From assembly GCA_963806875.1 (NCBI GenBank), contig CAWDYU010000001.1, positions 928,402 through 992,401 of the forward strand: a stretch of DNA of 64,000 bases, written 5' to 3'. The notes beneath the pieces are model-generated. The model was not told where the DNA came from, did not search any database, and worked only from the letters and a program-made list of their open reading frames with translations. A program made the translations under genes and the position numbers. The DNA comes from an uncultured Gemmatimonadales bacterium. GTDB taxonomy: Bacteria > Gemmatimonadota > Gemmatimonadetes > Gemmatimonadales > GWC2-71-9. Shown here one piece after another: positions 8,451 through 19,391 of the stretch. How positions within the stretch are numbered: the first letter of the stretch is position 1; the number at the start of each line of letters is the position of its first letter.

Positions 8451-10895
8451 ACGCCACGCCGCTCTCCCGCCACGGGGTGTCGTCCTTCAGCGAGGGCGAC
8501 ACCCCGTCGACATTGAACCCGGGGCCAACCGAGGCCGCGTTGCGCGCGATCGAGTTCGACGCGGTCCTCGACCTCGTTGCCCAGCACACCGCGGGCGCGC
8601 TCGGCGCGTCGGCGATTCGCGCGCGTCGACCGGGCACGGATGTTCCGTGGATTCATGCCGAGCTCGCCGACGTCGGCGAGGTGCTCCGGTGCTGCGTCGG
8701 GGCGAGCAACGTGGCGGTGTCTCCGGTCCCGGACATCCGGTCGGCGCTCGGTCGGCTGCGCCTCGACGGCGCGGTGCTCGAACTCGCCGAGTTGGCAACC
8801 GTGCGGGTGACGCTGCTCGCCACGCGGACGGTGCTCCGGGAAATCGACCGGCTCGCCGAGACATGTCCACGGCTTGCGGGGCGACGCGCGACGCCGATCG
8901 ACCGCGCTGTCGAGCGCGCCCTCGAGCAGGCGGTGAGCGAGGATGGCGAGCTCCTCGACGGCGCCAGTCCGGGGCTCGCGGCTGCCCGGCGCGAAATTCA
9001 TGCGTCCCGTGAGCGGTTGCTGCGCCGCCTCGAGGCGATGCTGCGTGAGATGGACGCTGCGGCGCTTCCGTCCGGCGCAGCGGTCACGATGCGCGGCGGA
9101 CGCTACGTCATCCCGGTGCGGCGTGACGCCCGCCAGCGGCCCGACGGCATCATTCACGACGAGTCGGGCAGTGCCGGGACGTTGTTCATCGAGCCGACCG
9201 CAGCGATCGCGCTCGGCAACGCAATGCGTGCCGCGCTGGTCGATGAGGAACGCGAGACGCTGAAGGTGTTGCGGGAGTTGACCGAGCTCCTGCGGCCGGC
9301 GCGGCCGGTCATCGCAGCGCTCCATGCCATGGCTGTCGCGGTGGACGGGATCAACGCCCGCGCAGCCTGGGCGCTGGCGTGCGGCGGAGACGTGCCGGTC
9401 GTCCACGATGTCGGCGGACCGCTGCGTTCTGCGTGATGCCCGCCATCCGTTGCTGCTCGCGCGCGGAATACCGGTTGTTCCGTTCGATCTCGCAATGGAT
9501 CCGCGACGAACGCACGCTGCTGATATCCGGGCCGAACACCGGGGGCAAGACGGTGTTGCTCAAGGGCGACGGCCCTCATGCTCGCGCTGGCGCAGTGCGG
9601 GGATCGTGCCGCCGGTCGGCGCCGGCACCGAGCTGCCGGTCGTGCACCGCGATGTTCGTCGACATCGGCGACCATCAGTCGCTTGCCGATGATCTCTCCA
9701 CCTTTGCCGCACACGTGGCCGAGCTGCGGCGAATCCTCGACGCGAGCCGACGCGTCGACACTGGTGGTGCTGGATGAAGTCGGTTCCGGCACCGACCCAG
9801 CCGAGGGCGGGGCGCTCGCGATGGCGGTGCTCGAGACGCTCACGCGGCGCGGTGTCCTGACACTCGCCACGACCCACCTCGGTGCGCTCAAGACGCTGGC
9901 ATCGCGCACTCCGGGCGTGGTCAACGGTTCGCTGCAGTTCGATGCCACGACACTCTCGCCGACTTACCGATTCACCAAGGGGATTCCCGGTCGATCGTAC
10001 GGCATCGCGATAGCGCGACGGCTGGGCGTCGATCCCGATGTCGTCGCGGCGGCAGAGGCGCTGGTCCCCGCCGCGGAGCGTGATCTCGACGAGTTGATCG
10101 CGTCCGTCGAGTCGCGCGAACAGGCTCTCCACGCACTCGAGGAGGCACAGCGGGAACGAGCCATCGAGGTCGAGCGGCGCGAGGCGCTGGTGACCAGTCG
10201 GGCCGCTGTCCAGGAGGAACGGGAAGCGACGCTCCGGACCCGTGAGAAGGAGGCAGAGCGCGACCGGGCACGTCAGGCGAAGGCCTACCTGCTCGAGGCA
10301 CGCAAGCGCGTCGAAGCCGCGCTGGCGCTCGCCCGCGGTGCTGCCGACGAAGCAGCGGGGAAGGAAGCGCGGCGCCTGGTCGAGGACGGCGTGCGGGAAG
10401 AGTCGCGCCGCGCCGACGACGATCGATCGTTGCCCGTCGGCGATCCGTCCGCAGTGCGGGTGGGCGATCGGGTGCGACTCAGCACTGGAAGCACCGGCGA
10501 TGTTGTCGAGCTGCGTGGTGATGGCCGGGCGGTGGTGCTCGTCGGCGCGATGCGGCTGGTGGTGTCGCGCGCTGTCGTTGACGCCGATCGCCGCGCGCGA
10601 GCGACCGGCGAGCGTCGACACGTCGTTGCTTGGCGATGCGCCGGACCGCGACACGGTGAATGAACTCGACCTCCGCGGGATGCGAGCCGACGAGGCCGAA
10701 GCGATCGTGATCGGCGCAGTCGACGGTGCAGTGCTCAGCGAACAGCCGACGCTGCGAATCATTCATGGAATGGGCACCGGCGTGCTCCGGGACGTGGTCC
10801 GGCGCCTCCTGCAGTCCGACAAGCGGGTCGCGTCGTTCGACTTCGCACCGCGGCAGCAGGGCGGCACCGGTGTCACCGTGGTGGTGCTGCGCTGA
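8447..10895 (+). pseudogene. mutS2: endonuclease MutS2 (MutS domain plus Smr), at least 7 frame breaks as written
   Basis: The N-terminal part runs in frame 2 to about 9425. 'LRDARHPLLLARGIPVVPFD', the P-loop 'LLISGPNTGGKTVLLK', 'IVPPVGAGTELPVV', 'FVDIGDHQSLADDLSTF' and 'LVVLDEVGSGTDPAEG' then lie in successive +1 frames, with junctions near 9425, 9501, 9565, 9600, 9648 and 9745. The Smr domain 'ELDLRGMRADEA...IIHGMGTGVLR' needs one more shift at about 10565-10625. Confidence 0.85.
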
Positions 10896-12706
10896 TGGGA
10901 CGCATTCCCGACGAACTCGTCGAACAGGTGCGCGACACCGCCGACCTCCTGGAGATCGTGCAGGAAAGCGTGCAACTCAAGCGCCAGGGAAGCGACTATC
11001 GCGGCCCGTGCCCGTTCCACGGCGGCACGAACCGCAACTTTGCCGTCATCCCGAAGAAGAACCTGTACTACTGCTTTGTCTGCCACGCGGCGGGCGATGT
11101 CTTCACGTGGTATCGCGAGCGCTTCGGACTCGACTATCCGTCAGCGGTGCGCGAAGTGGCGCGCCGGTACGGCATCGTGATCCCCGACGTGATCGAGCGG
11201 GCCGGGCCGGACCCGCGTGAACCGTTGTATCAGGCGTGCGACGCGGCCCAGGGGTGGTTCGCGGCGCAGCTGCGTGACCTTCCGGAGGCGGAGTCCACCA
11301 GGCGCTATCTCCTCGAGCGTGAATTGTCGCTCGATGCCGCAGCCGAACTCGGCCTCGGTTACGCACCCCGTGGCGGACAGTTCGCTGCTGCGATGAACAC
11401 CCTCGGGATTGCGGAAGCCGTGCTGCTCGAAGCCGCCCTGCTCAGCCGCCGCGACGACGGTACGGTGTATCCGCGCTTCCGCGGGCGTTTGCTGTTTCCC
11501 ATTCACGACCTCCGCGGCCGGGTCGTGGGATTCGGTGGACGCGTCATCGGATCGGGTGAGCCGAAGTATCTCAACTCGCCGGAGTCGCCGATCTTCCACA
11601 AGGGCGAGCAGCTCTACCACCTCCACCTGGCCCGCAACGCGATCAGGAAGGAGGGGTACGCGATCCTCGTCGAGGGCTACTTCGACGTGCAGCGACTGGC
11701 GCTTGCCGGCATCGAGCATGTGGTGGCACCGCTCGGCACGGCGACCACCGAACAGCAGGCGATCCTGCTCAAGCGCTACGCTTCCGAGGTGGTGGTCATG
11801 TACGACTCCGATCCGGCGGGGCTCAAGGCGACGTTCCGGGCCGCGGACATCCTGCTGGCCCAGGGCGTGCGAGTTCGTGTTGCGACGATGCCCCCCGGCG
11901 AAGATCCCGATACACTGGCGCGCCGGGGCGGTGCCGCCGCGATCGAGGCGATCGTTGCTGATGCCGAGGATGTGCTCGAGCGCAAGCTGCACATGCTCGA
12001 GATCAAGGGATGGTTCGGCGACGTGAGGCGCGCGCGTGAGGCGCTCGACCGCGTCCTCTCCACCTTGCGCGCGGCGTCCGATCCCGTGACGAAGGAGCTC
12101 TACATCTCGCGCGTCGCTGATCGACTCGGGATACCTCGCGACACGGTCGCAGCCGAGACCGTCGCTCCGACCCGGATGGTGCCGCTGCCGCCTCGGCGGG
12201 CAACGCCCTCGACCAGTCATCACGGGGGTCCGGATGATCGGGATGCTCCCACCCGGGTCGCGACGGGAGAGGTCGAGCGGTTTCTGCTCCGGCTCGTCAT
12301 CAATCATCCCGGCTGGATGGACCGAGCCCGCGACGAACTCGCGTCGGACCTGTTCGGCGTTCGGAGCCACCGGAAGCTGTATGAGGCGCTCCTGGCAACC
12401 GAGCCGGGGTCGACCGCGCCGATCACGCCGCCCGAGCTGCATCCCCGGCTCCAGGAGCTGTTCGATCGGATTGGCGGGGCCGGCCCCTTCGACCCGGAAT
12501 TTGACATCGATCGCTGGTATGTGGGGTCGCTGAGTGCGCTTGAAGAGCGGACAACGTTCGAGAACATCGCTTCCGATCCTGATCCGGCGAGTCGAGTTCG
12601 GCGCCGCCAGGCCCTCACCCGGGAAGGAAGTGCCCGCTTCTCCATGTATCTTAAGAATCGTTCCCGACCCGAGACCGACCGGGTTCCGCCGCCTGAGGAG
12701 GACTGA
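10895..12706 (+). CDS. dnaG: DNA primase DnaG
   Basis: CHC2 zinc finger 'CPFHGGTNRNFAVIPKKNLYYCFVCHAAGD' and Toprim 'AILVEGYFDV...VVVMYDSDPAGLKA'. Intact 603-aa ORF. Confidence 0.95.
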   Translation: MGRIPDELVEQVRDTADLLEIVQESVQLKRQGSDYRGPCPFHGGTNRNFAVIPKKNLYYCFVCHAAGDVFTWYRERFGLDYPSAVREVARRYGIVIPDVIERAGPDPREPLYQACDAAQGWFAAQLRDLPEAESTRRYLLERELSLDAAAELGLGYAPRGGQFAAAMNTLGIAEAVLLEAALLSRRDDGTVYPRFRGRLLFPIHDLRGRVVGFGGRVIGSGEPKYLNSPESPIFHKGEQLYHLHLARNAIRKEGYAILVEGYFDVQRLALAGIEHVVAPLGTATTEQQAILLKRYASEVVVMYDSDPAGLKATFRAADILLAQGVRVRVATMPPGEDPDTLARRGGAAAIEAIVADAEDVLERKLHMLEIKGWFGDVRRAREALDRVLSTLRAASDPVTKELYISRVADRLGIPRDTVAAETVAPTRMVPLPPRRATPSTSHHGGPDDRDAPTRVATGEVERFLLRLVINHPGWMDRARDELASDLFGVRSHRKLYEALLATEPGSTAPITPPELHPRLQELFDRIGGAGPFDPEFDIDRWYVGSLSALEERTTFENIASDPDPASRVRRRQALTREGSARFSMYLKNRSRPETDRVPPPEED

Positions 12707-12712
12707 CCGCCG

Positions 12713-13429
12713 ATGCATCCTGACCTTCCGAAGTTGCTTGACGTACAGACCCGTGATCGCCATCTGTCGGAACTCACCGGACAGCTGCGCGAGATCGACG
12801 CCGAGATCGCAGCGCTGGACAGCGCACTCGACCGGGTGCGGGCGGACATCGCCTCGACCACCCGGCTGTCCGACGAAGCGGCCCGGCGTCGTGACGATCT
12901 CGAGAAGCGGATCGAGGCGGGTCGTCAGCACCAGGATCGTCGACGGGAGCGACTGGAGTTTGTCCGCAACCCGCGTGAAGCCGCGACGCTCATGGGTGAC
13001 ATCGACGTCGCTCGCGGTATCCTCGCGCAGGAGGAGTCGGACTGGGTCCGGGTGTCGGAGGAGGCCACCGATCGCACCACCGCCGTCCGCAGCACCACCG
13101 AGCGGCTGGCTTCGATCGAGCAGGAACAGGCGGAGGCCCGGGCCGACCTGGCCTCGCGAGCGACCGGGTTGAAGGCCGAGCTGGAGAGCGCCCGCGCGGA
13201 GCGCGAGGAAGTCGCGAGCCAGCTCGATCGCACCATCCGCCTCCGCTACGATCGCCTGCGCGGTTCGCGGAAGACCGAGGTCCTCGTGCCCGCCCTCAAG
13301 GCAACTTGTACGGCCTGTCACACCTCGATCCCGAGCTCGCGGGTTGGCCGCCTCGAGGCCGAGGGGATGTTGCTCGACGGCTGCGAGATGTGCGGCGCGA
13401 TCATCTACTTCGCCGAGGTCCCCGCCTGA
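12713..13429 (+). CDS. coiled-coil/C4 zinc-ribbon protein (COG1579-like)
   Basis: A long heptad-like helical region followed by 'CTACHTSIPSS...GCEMCGAIIYF' (two CxxC pairs). Confidence 0.7.
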   Translation: MHPDLPKLLDVQTRDRHLSELTGQLREIDAEIAALDSALDRVRADIASTTRLSDEAARRRDDLEKRIEAGRQHQDRRRERLEFVRNPREAATLMGDIDVARGILAQEESDWVRVSEEATDRTTAVRSTTERLASIEQEQAEARADLASRATGLKAELESARAEREEVASQLDRTIRLRYDRLRGSRKTEVLVPALKATCTACHTSIPSSRVGRLEAEGMLLDGCEMCGAIIYFAEVPA

Positions 13430-13431
13430 TC

Positions 13432-15132
13432 ATGGGTGCGCGGTGGCGGGTCGTGCCGGCACCGGACGCGACCGCGTCCCGTGCGCTGGCTGCGGAACTT
13501 TCGCTTCCGCTGCCTCTTGCCGCGCTGCTTGTCCAGCGCGGTTTTGATTCCGCCACTGCCCGGCTGTTCCTCCGGCCACCGCTGGACAACCTGTCGCATC
13601 CCGACGTGCTGGCTGGATTGGCCGATGCCGTTCGCGAGATCGTGGCAGCAGTCACCAATCGCCGGCCGATCCTGGTTCATGGCGACTATGACGTCGACGG
13701 CCAGTGCGCGACGGCGTTGCTCACGCGCGCGCTGCGACTGGCAGGCGCCGACGTCCATGCGTTCGTGCCGCACCGGATTCATGACGGCTACGATTTCGGT
13801 GATGCCGGCCTTGCCGAAGCAGCGCGAGTCGAGGCTGCATTGATCATCACGTGCGATTGCGGCATCACCGCGATCGACACCGTTGCGCGTGCCCGCGCTG
13901 CGGGGATGCGGGTGGTCGTGACCGACCACCACCTTCCTGGTGCGTCGCTTCCCGACGCTCACGCGGTCGTTGACCCCCAGCGCGTCGATGACACATCGGG
14001 GCTCGACGACCTCTGCGGGACCGGGGTCGCGTTCAAGTTGGTGCAGGCACTGGTGACACCCCTCGGGCTGCCGCCGGGTTTGCCGTTCCACTTCCTCGAC
14101 CTCGTGGCGATGGCCACGGTGGCCGACGTCGTGCCACTGCGCGGCGAGAATCGCATCCTCGTCAAGCACGGCCTGCGCGTCCTGTCGCAATCCCGCTGGG
14201 CAGGGCTTCGGGCGCTCATCGCGTCGACCGGGCTGGCCGGGGCACCACTGCGCGCGGGGCAGGTGGGCTACATCCTCGCGCCGCGGCTCAATGCGGTTGG
14301 CCGCATTGCGGACGCCAAGGAGGGATTGCGACTCCTGCTCACCGACGACGACGCCGAGGCGTCCGCGCTTGCGATGCGACTCGACACGCTCAACCGTGAA
14401 CGGCAGGCCATCGACCAGCGGATCCTGGAGGAGGCCCTCGAGCACGTCGCCGTGCACTACGCCGACGCGCGACGCGCATCCCGCGATCGTGCTTGCCGGT
14501 GAGGGCTGGCATGCCGGCGTCGATCGGGATCGTGGCCTCGCGTATCGTCGAGCAGTACGGGCGTCCGACATTCCTCATCGCGCTCGACGGTGACACCGGA
14601 AAGGGAAGCGGGCGCAGCATTTCGGCGTTCGACCTCCACGGGGCGCTCCAGCAATGCGCGGACCTGCTGATCCGGTCTGGTGGACACAGGATGGCCGCAG
14701 GTCTCACCATCGAGCGCCGAAATGTCGACGCATTCCGGGCGCGGTTCACCGCCATCGCGGCAGCCGAACTCGATGCCGACGATCTCGGACCGATCCAGAA
14801 GGTTGATATCGAGCTCCCGCTCAGCGATGTCACCCCCGAACTGGAAGTGCTTGCTCCGTCATCTCGAGCCATGTGGCATGGGCAATCCGTCGCCGGTCTT
14901 CGGCGTGCGGGGGGTGAAGATCCAGGATCCCCGCGTGGTCGGGAGCAGGCATCTCAAGGCCACGCTGCAGGAGTCCGGTGTGTCGCTCGATGCGATCGCG
15001 TTTGGCTGCGGCGACCAGGCCGCCACGGTGGGTGCCGGACGGGTCGATGCGGCGTTCCGGCTCGAGGTCAACGAGTACCGCGGCAGGACCACCCTTCAGG
15101 CGAAGATCTGCGCACTGTCGGAGCCGGGGTGA
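13432..15132 (+). pseudogene. recJ: single-stranded-DNA-specific exonuclease RecJ, 3 frame breaks as written
   Basis: DHH motifs 'ILVHGDYDVDGQCA' and 'VVVTDHH' in frame 1. 'AIVLAGEGWHAGV' is in frame 2, 'IGIVASRIVEQYGRPTF...GGHRMAAGLT' in frame 0 and 'LLRHLEPCGMGNPSPVF...' in frame 1. Junctions near 14470, 14521 and 14853. Confidence 0.85.
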
Positions 15133-15647
15133 CCCGGATCGTGAGCGGTGCCTGGCGAGGACGGCGCCTCGCGGTTCCGGCTGATCCAGGCGTGCGACCC
15201 ACGGCAGAGCGGGTGCGCGAGGCGTGGCTGGCGATCCTCGGCCCCGAACTTCCGGGGGCCAGGGTCCTCGACCTTTGTGCCGGGAGTGGTGCACTTGGCC
15301 TCGAGGCACTCTCTCGGGGTGCCGCGCACGCGACCTTCGTCGATTCAAGCGCGCGATCAATCGACGCGATCCGGCGGAACATCGACGCGCTCGATGTCGC
15401 CGACCGGACAACGGTGAAACGCAGTGACGTGCTCCGGTTCCTCGCCGCCACTGCGGCGGGAAGTTTCGACATCGCACTCGCCGATCCTCCGTTCGGCACC
15501 GACCTCGCCGAGCGCATCACCGCCGTCTATCGCGCAAGCCCCTTCGCGAGCGTGCTCGCGGTGGAGCATCCGCCAGCACGCGTGATCGATGGCGACGAGA
15601 CCAGGCGGTGGGGCGACATCGCCGTAACCTTCCTCAGGGCCCCATGA
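15129..15647 (+). CDS. rsmD: 16S rRNA (guanine966-N2)-methyltransferase RsmD
   Basis: 'RPTAERVREAWLAIL...VLDLCAGSGALGLEALSRGA...ADPPF'. GTG 15129 overlaps the recJ TGA. Confidence 0.85.
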   Translation: MTRIVSGAWRGRRLAVPADPGVRPTAERVREAWLAILGPELPGARVLDLCAGSGALGLEALSRGAAHATFVDSSARSIDAIRRNIDALDVADRTTVKRSDVLRFLAATAAGSFDIALADPPFGTDLAERITAVYRASPFASVLAVEHPPARVIDGDETRRWGDIAVTFLRAP

Positions 15648-16126
15648 GCCGAATTGCGATCTATCCGGGATCGTTCGATCCCCCGACCCGTGGCCATGAA
15701 GACCTGATCGGGCGCGCCCTGGGAATGTTCGATCAGCTCATCGTGGCTGTGGCGATCAATCCCAACAAGCAGCCGCTGTTCACGGTTGACGAGCGACTCG
15801 AGATGCTCCGGACCGCGCTCGACAATCATCCCCGCATCGAGTTCGCATCGTTCTCGGGTTTGCTCGCGGATTTCGCCCGGGCCCGTCAGGGGACGATCGT
15901 CCTCCGGGGACTTCGTGCCGTCAGCGATTTCGAGTATGAGTTCCAGATGGCGATGATGAACCGGCGCCTGCACGGCGAGCTCGAGACCGTGTTCCTCGTC
16001 CCGGCTGTCGACCTCACGTACCTGTCGTCATCGCTCATTCGCGAGGCGGCGCGCTTCGGCGCCGATGTCGAGGGCCTGGTGCATCCCTGTGTCGCGGATG
16101 CGTTGCGACGCAAGTTTCCGCAGTGA
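15644..16126 (+). CDS. coaD: phosphopantetheine adenylyltransferase CoaD
   Basis: 'IAIYPGSFDPPTRGHEDLI' (TxGH) and 'ISSSLIRE'-type C-terminus 'LSSSLIREAARFG'. ATGA overlap with rsmD. Confidence 0.95.
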   Translation: MSRIAIYPGSFDPPTRGHEDLIGRALGMFDQLIVAVAINPNKQPLFTVDERLEMLRTALDNHPRIEFASFSGLLADFARARQGTIVLRGLRAVSDFEYEFQMAMMNRRLHGELETVFLVPAVDLTYLSSSLIREAARFGADVEGLVHPCVADALRRKFPQ

Positions 16127-17080
16127 CGTTCCGCGAGCGAATCCGTGCGCGTGCCGCTGGCCGGCGCGCGAGACTGGTGCTTCCCGAGGGCCGTGATCCG
16201 CGCGTGCGGCGCGCAGCCGAGATCCTCGAACGGCTCGACATCGCGGTCCCGCTCGTGATCGACTCTGACACCGTCGATCCTGCCAGCGAAGAACAGCTCC
16301 GCGCCGTTGCCGCGCACCTCCGCCGCCGCCGGCCGCAGTCGGTGCGTGATGGCCTGCACGCGCTGGACCTCGCCGCGGATCCGCTGCGGTTCGCGGCCTC
16401 GCTCGTCGCACTGGGCGAGGCCGATGGTTGTGTCGCCGGCGCCGTCGCGAGCACCGCCGACGTGCTGCGGGCGGCCTTGTGGGCAATCGGGCCGCGCACT
16501 CCAGGGGCGATGGTGTCGTCAGCGATGTACCTCGGCATGCCCGATGGCCGAATCTTGACCTTCACCGATATCGCGGTCGTGCCGCGACCGTCGCCGGCCG
16601 CGATGGCCGACGCGGGTTTCGCAGCGGCGCTCGACCGCAGTCGACTGGTCGGCGACACGCCGATCGTGGCATTCCTGTCGTTCGCCACCCACGACAGCGC
16701 CGAAGGCCCTGATGTCGACCATGTTCGGGAAGCGGTCGCGCATCTTCCGTGCCCTGGCGCCGGACATCCCGTGTGACGGTCCGTTGCAGGTCGATGCGGC
16801 GATCGATCCCGCGGTGGCGGCCACGAAATGCCCTGGTTCGCCCGTGGCCGGCGCCGCCAACGTCCTGGTGTTCCCGTCCCTCGACGCCGGCAACATCGGA
16901 TACAAGCTGGTCCAGCGCCTCGGGGGCGCCACTGCCGCCGGTCCGCTGCTCCAGGGCCTGGCCCGTCCGCTTTCCGACCTGTCGCGAGGCGCCACACCGG
17001 ATGATATTGTGGACGTCGCAGCGATGGTGGCGCTCCAGGGCGCCGCCGAGCCATCCGAACGGGAGGAGTTGCACGCATGA
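16123..17080 (+). pseudogene. pta: phosphate acetyl/butyryl-transferase (Pta-like, short form), one frame break as written
   Basis: 'LVLPEGRDPRVRRAAEIL...GEADGCVAGAVASTADVLR' in frame 1. '[21 protein letters not shown]...[22 protein letters not shown]' in frame 2. Junction near 16735. Confidence 0.75.
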
Positions 17081-17412
17081 CGTTTGAAACGAGCCGCGAT
17101 CCAAGCGGCGTGACGGTCCTGACGGTTGAGGGACAGCTGATCGTGGCCAATCGTCAGGAGCTGAAGCAGCTGGTGAGCGATGCGCTCGACCAGGGCGAGC
17201 GCAAGTTCGTGCTCGATTTCGACAAGACGGCATACATCGACTCATCCGGGCTGGGCGCGCTCGTCTCGATCAACAAGAAGGTCCGGGAGGCAGGCGGCGA
17301 ACTCCGGCTCTCCGGGCTCAACGAGGATCTTCGCTCACTCTTCGAACTCACGAAGCTTGACACGCTCTTCGTGATCGCGGATTCCGCGACCGAGGCCCTC
17401 GCTGGCTTCTAG
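17077..17412 (+). CDS. STAS-domain anti-sigma-factor antagonist (RsbV/SpoIIAA-like)
   Basis: 111 aa. '[22 protein letters not shown]' carries the conserved phosphorylatable Ser context. ATGA overlap with pta. Confidence 0.85.
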   Translation: MTFETSRDPSGVTVLTVEGQLIVANRQELKQLVSDALDQGERKFVLDFDKTAYIDSSGLGALVSINKKVREAGGELRLSGLNEDLRSLFELTKLDTLFVIADSATEALAGF

Positions 17413-17415
17413 GTC

Positions 17416-17862
17416 GTGATCCAGCCCTCGGGGGAGTCACCGCACGGTGCTGCGGGACAGGATCATTTCTCGCTCGATCTCGCCACCGATCTGTCGCAGG
17501 TCGGTGAAGTGGTCGAAGCGGTCGCGGCGTGCTGCTTCGCGGGTGTCACGGCGACCACACGCACCAGGTTCCGCCTCTGTACCGTCGTTGCCGAGGCTGT
17601 CGCGAACGCGATGGTGTACGGGAATGGCAACGATCCTGCCCGCCGGGTGATGGTCGACGTGGAGCTGCACCAGGACCGCGTCGTGGTGAGCGTCACCGAC
17701 GAAGGGGAGGGATTCGACCCCGCCGCCGTCCCCGATCCGACCGACGACGACATGCTCGAATCCGAATGCGGCCGGGGCATCTTCATGATTCGTCGACTCG
17801 CCGATTCCGTCTCGTTCAACGCGCGGGGAAACACGATCTGGATGACGCTGCCGCGCTGCTGA
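17416..17862 (+). CDS. anti-sigma regulatory factor, HATPase-type Ser/Thr kinase (RsbW/SpoIIAB-like)
   Basis: N-box 'VVAEAVANAMVYGN', 'VTDEGEGFDP' and 'GRGIFMIRRLADSVSF'. GTG 17416 lies 4 nt after the STAS stop. Confidence 0.75.
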   Translation: MIQPSGESPHGAAGQDHFSLDLATDLSQVGEVVEAVAACCFAGVTATTRTRFRLCTVVAEAVANAMVYGNGNDPARRVMVDVELHQDRVVVSVTDEGEGFDPAAVPDPTDDDMLESECGRGIFMIRRLADSVSFNARGNTIWMTLPRC

Positions 17863-17876
17863 CCAACCTCGGCAAT

Positions 17877-19391
17877 GTGCTGTCCCCGCTCGGCACCCTC
17901 ACGGGGGCGACACTCCGGCTGTGGCGCCTCGAGGGCGAACGCTGGCGCCTGGTTGCCGCGCCCGCAGGTACCGACCTCCCGATTGCGCCGCGCGGCCCTC
18001 GCGCCGCCGGAACCGACACCGCATGGCTCGCACTTCCCGACGCCGACCACGTTTTCCTGGAGGTGGTCCCCGACCCCGGCGTGGTGGCCGACGACGTCGG
18101 ACGGAGGGTGATGCCGGTGGTCAGCGCCCTCTTCGAGGCCGAGGGCACCACGCTCACGCTGACCACCGAACTCGCGGCGCGATACGAGGAGATCGATCTT
18201 CTCTACTCCATCGGTGAGTTGCTCGGACGGGCACGAGCGGTCGAGGAAGTGGCGGCGATCATCCTCCGCGAAGTGACCAGCGTCGTCGGAGCCCGTCGCG
18301 CCGGGCTGCGACTCGTCGACGACAGCGCGAAGGTGCTTCGCAGCGTCGCGATGATCGGGGTCGCCGACGGCATCATCCCCGGCGAGGTGTCGGTCGACGA
18401 CGAGACCGCCGTGATCGCCCGTGCGTACCGAACCCGAAAGATTGCAACCGGCCCGCAACCCGAATGGGTGTCGGGAGAGCTGCTTGCCGTGCCCATCATG
18501 TATGCCGCGGCGGGCCAGCCTTCACGCGTCGTGGGCACGCTCTCGCTCGCCGACCGCGCCGGGGGCGGATCGTTCACGCGCGAGGAAACGAAGCTCGTTT
18601 CCGCCGTTGCGACCCAGATCGGGGCAGCCCTCGAGAACGCCCGGCTGGTCGCCCGGGAGCGTGCCCAACACCGCGTCGAGCACGAACTCAAGCTTGCCCA
18701 CGACCTGCAGGTGCGCCTGATGCCCACGCCCGACGTGGTGCGTGGCGACGCTGATATTGCCGTGCGAACCTTTGCGGCCGAGTCGTTGGGCGGCGATTTC
18801 TACACCTTCCTCCGCCTCGGTCGCGGACGGGTTGGCGTGATGCTCGGCGACGTGTCGTCCCACGGTTTCTCCGCTGCGCTGATCGCCGCGCAGGTCATGG
18901 CCGCCGCCGGCATCCATTCGCACTCGGAATCGACACCCGACGCGATGCTGACCCTCATGCATCGATCGCTGGCCGCCGAGCTGGAGTCGACGGAGATGTA
19001 CCTCACGATCTGCTACGCGGTGTTCGATCCAACCGCCGGCCGGATCAGCTACTCCAATGCCGGCCATCCCTATGCGTTTCGCGTTCCGCGATTCGGGCCA
19101 GCCTCCCGGCTCGCTCCGACGTCGCCGCCACTTGGCCTTGCCGGCACCGAGTTCACGCGTCGCGTGGCCCCATGGCACTTCACGCAGGACCTGCTGGTGG
19201 CGTTCACCGACGGGTTGGTCGACCAGGTTGGTTCCACCGGCGAGCGGTATGGGGAGGTGCGGCTCCTCACGGTGGTCGAGGAGGAACGCCTCCGGACGCC
19301 CGAGGAGATCATCGACGCGGTGTTCCGGGATCTCGACGCATGGGGCGGTGACATGGGCGACGACCGCACCCTGCTCGTGATGAGGATGTAG
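17877..19391 (+). CDS. GAF-domain PP2C/SpoIIE-family serine phosphatase (RsbU-like)
   Basis: GAF-like 'LLYSIGELLGRARAVEEV...SLADRAGGGSFTREETKLVSAVATQIGAALENARL'. SpoIIE domain 'LAHDLQVRLMP...GGDFYTF...MLGDVSSHGFSAAL...NAGHPYAF...AFTDGLVD...DDRTLLVMRM'. The start is uncertain: GTG 17877 is the first canonical start after the upstream stop. Confidence 0.85.
   Translation: MLSPLGTLTGATLRLWRLEGERWRLVAAPAGTDLPIAPRGPRAAGTDTAWLALPDADHVFLEVVPDPGVVADDVGRRVMPVVSALFEAEGTTLTLTTELAARYEEIDLLYSIGELLGRARAVEEVAAIILREVTSVVGARRAGLRLVDDSAKVLRSVAMIGVADGIIPGEVSVDDETAVIARAYRTRKIATGPQPEWVSGELLAVPIMYAAAGQPSRVVGTLSLADRAGGGSFTREETKLVSAVATQIGAALENARLVARERAQHRVEHELKLAHDLQVRLMPTPDVVRGDADIAVRTFAAESLGGDFYTFLRLGRGRVGVMLGDVSSHGFSAALIAAQVMAAAGIHSHSESTPDAMLTLMHRSLAAELESTEMYLTICYAVFDPTAGRISYSNAGHPYAFRVPRFGPASRLAPTSPPLGLAGTEFTRRVAPWHFTQDLLVAFTDGLVDQVGSTGERYGEVRLLTVVEEERLRTPEEIIDAVFRDLDAWGGDMGDDRTLLVMRM

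Noticed and set aside
11141-13321. Very long antisense ORFs. Examples: 726 aa at 11141..13321(-), 454 aa at 8042..9406(-), 670 aa at 41116..43128(-), 488 aa at 38344..39810(+), 454 aa at 28724..30088(-) and 371 aa at 16035..17150(-).
   Set aside because: They lie opposite genes with clear family motifs. Their translations are Arg/Gly/Pro/Ala-rich low-complexity sequence with no motifs. Stop-poor shadow frames of this kind are expected in GC-rich DNA.
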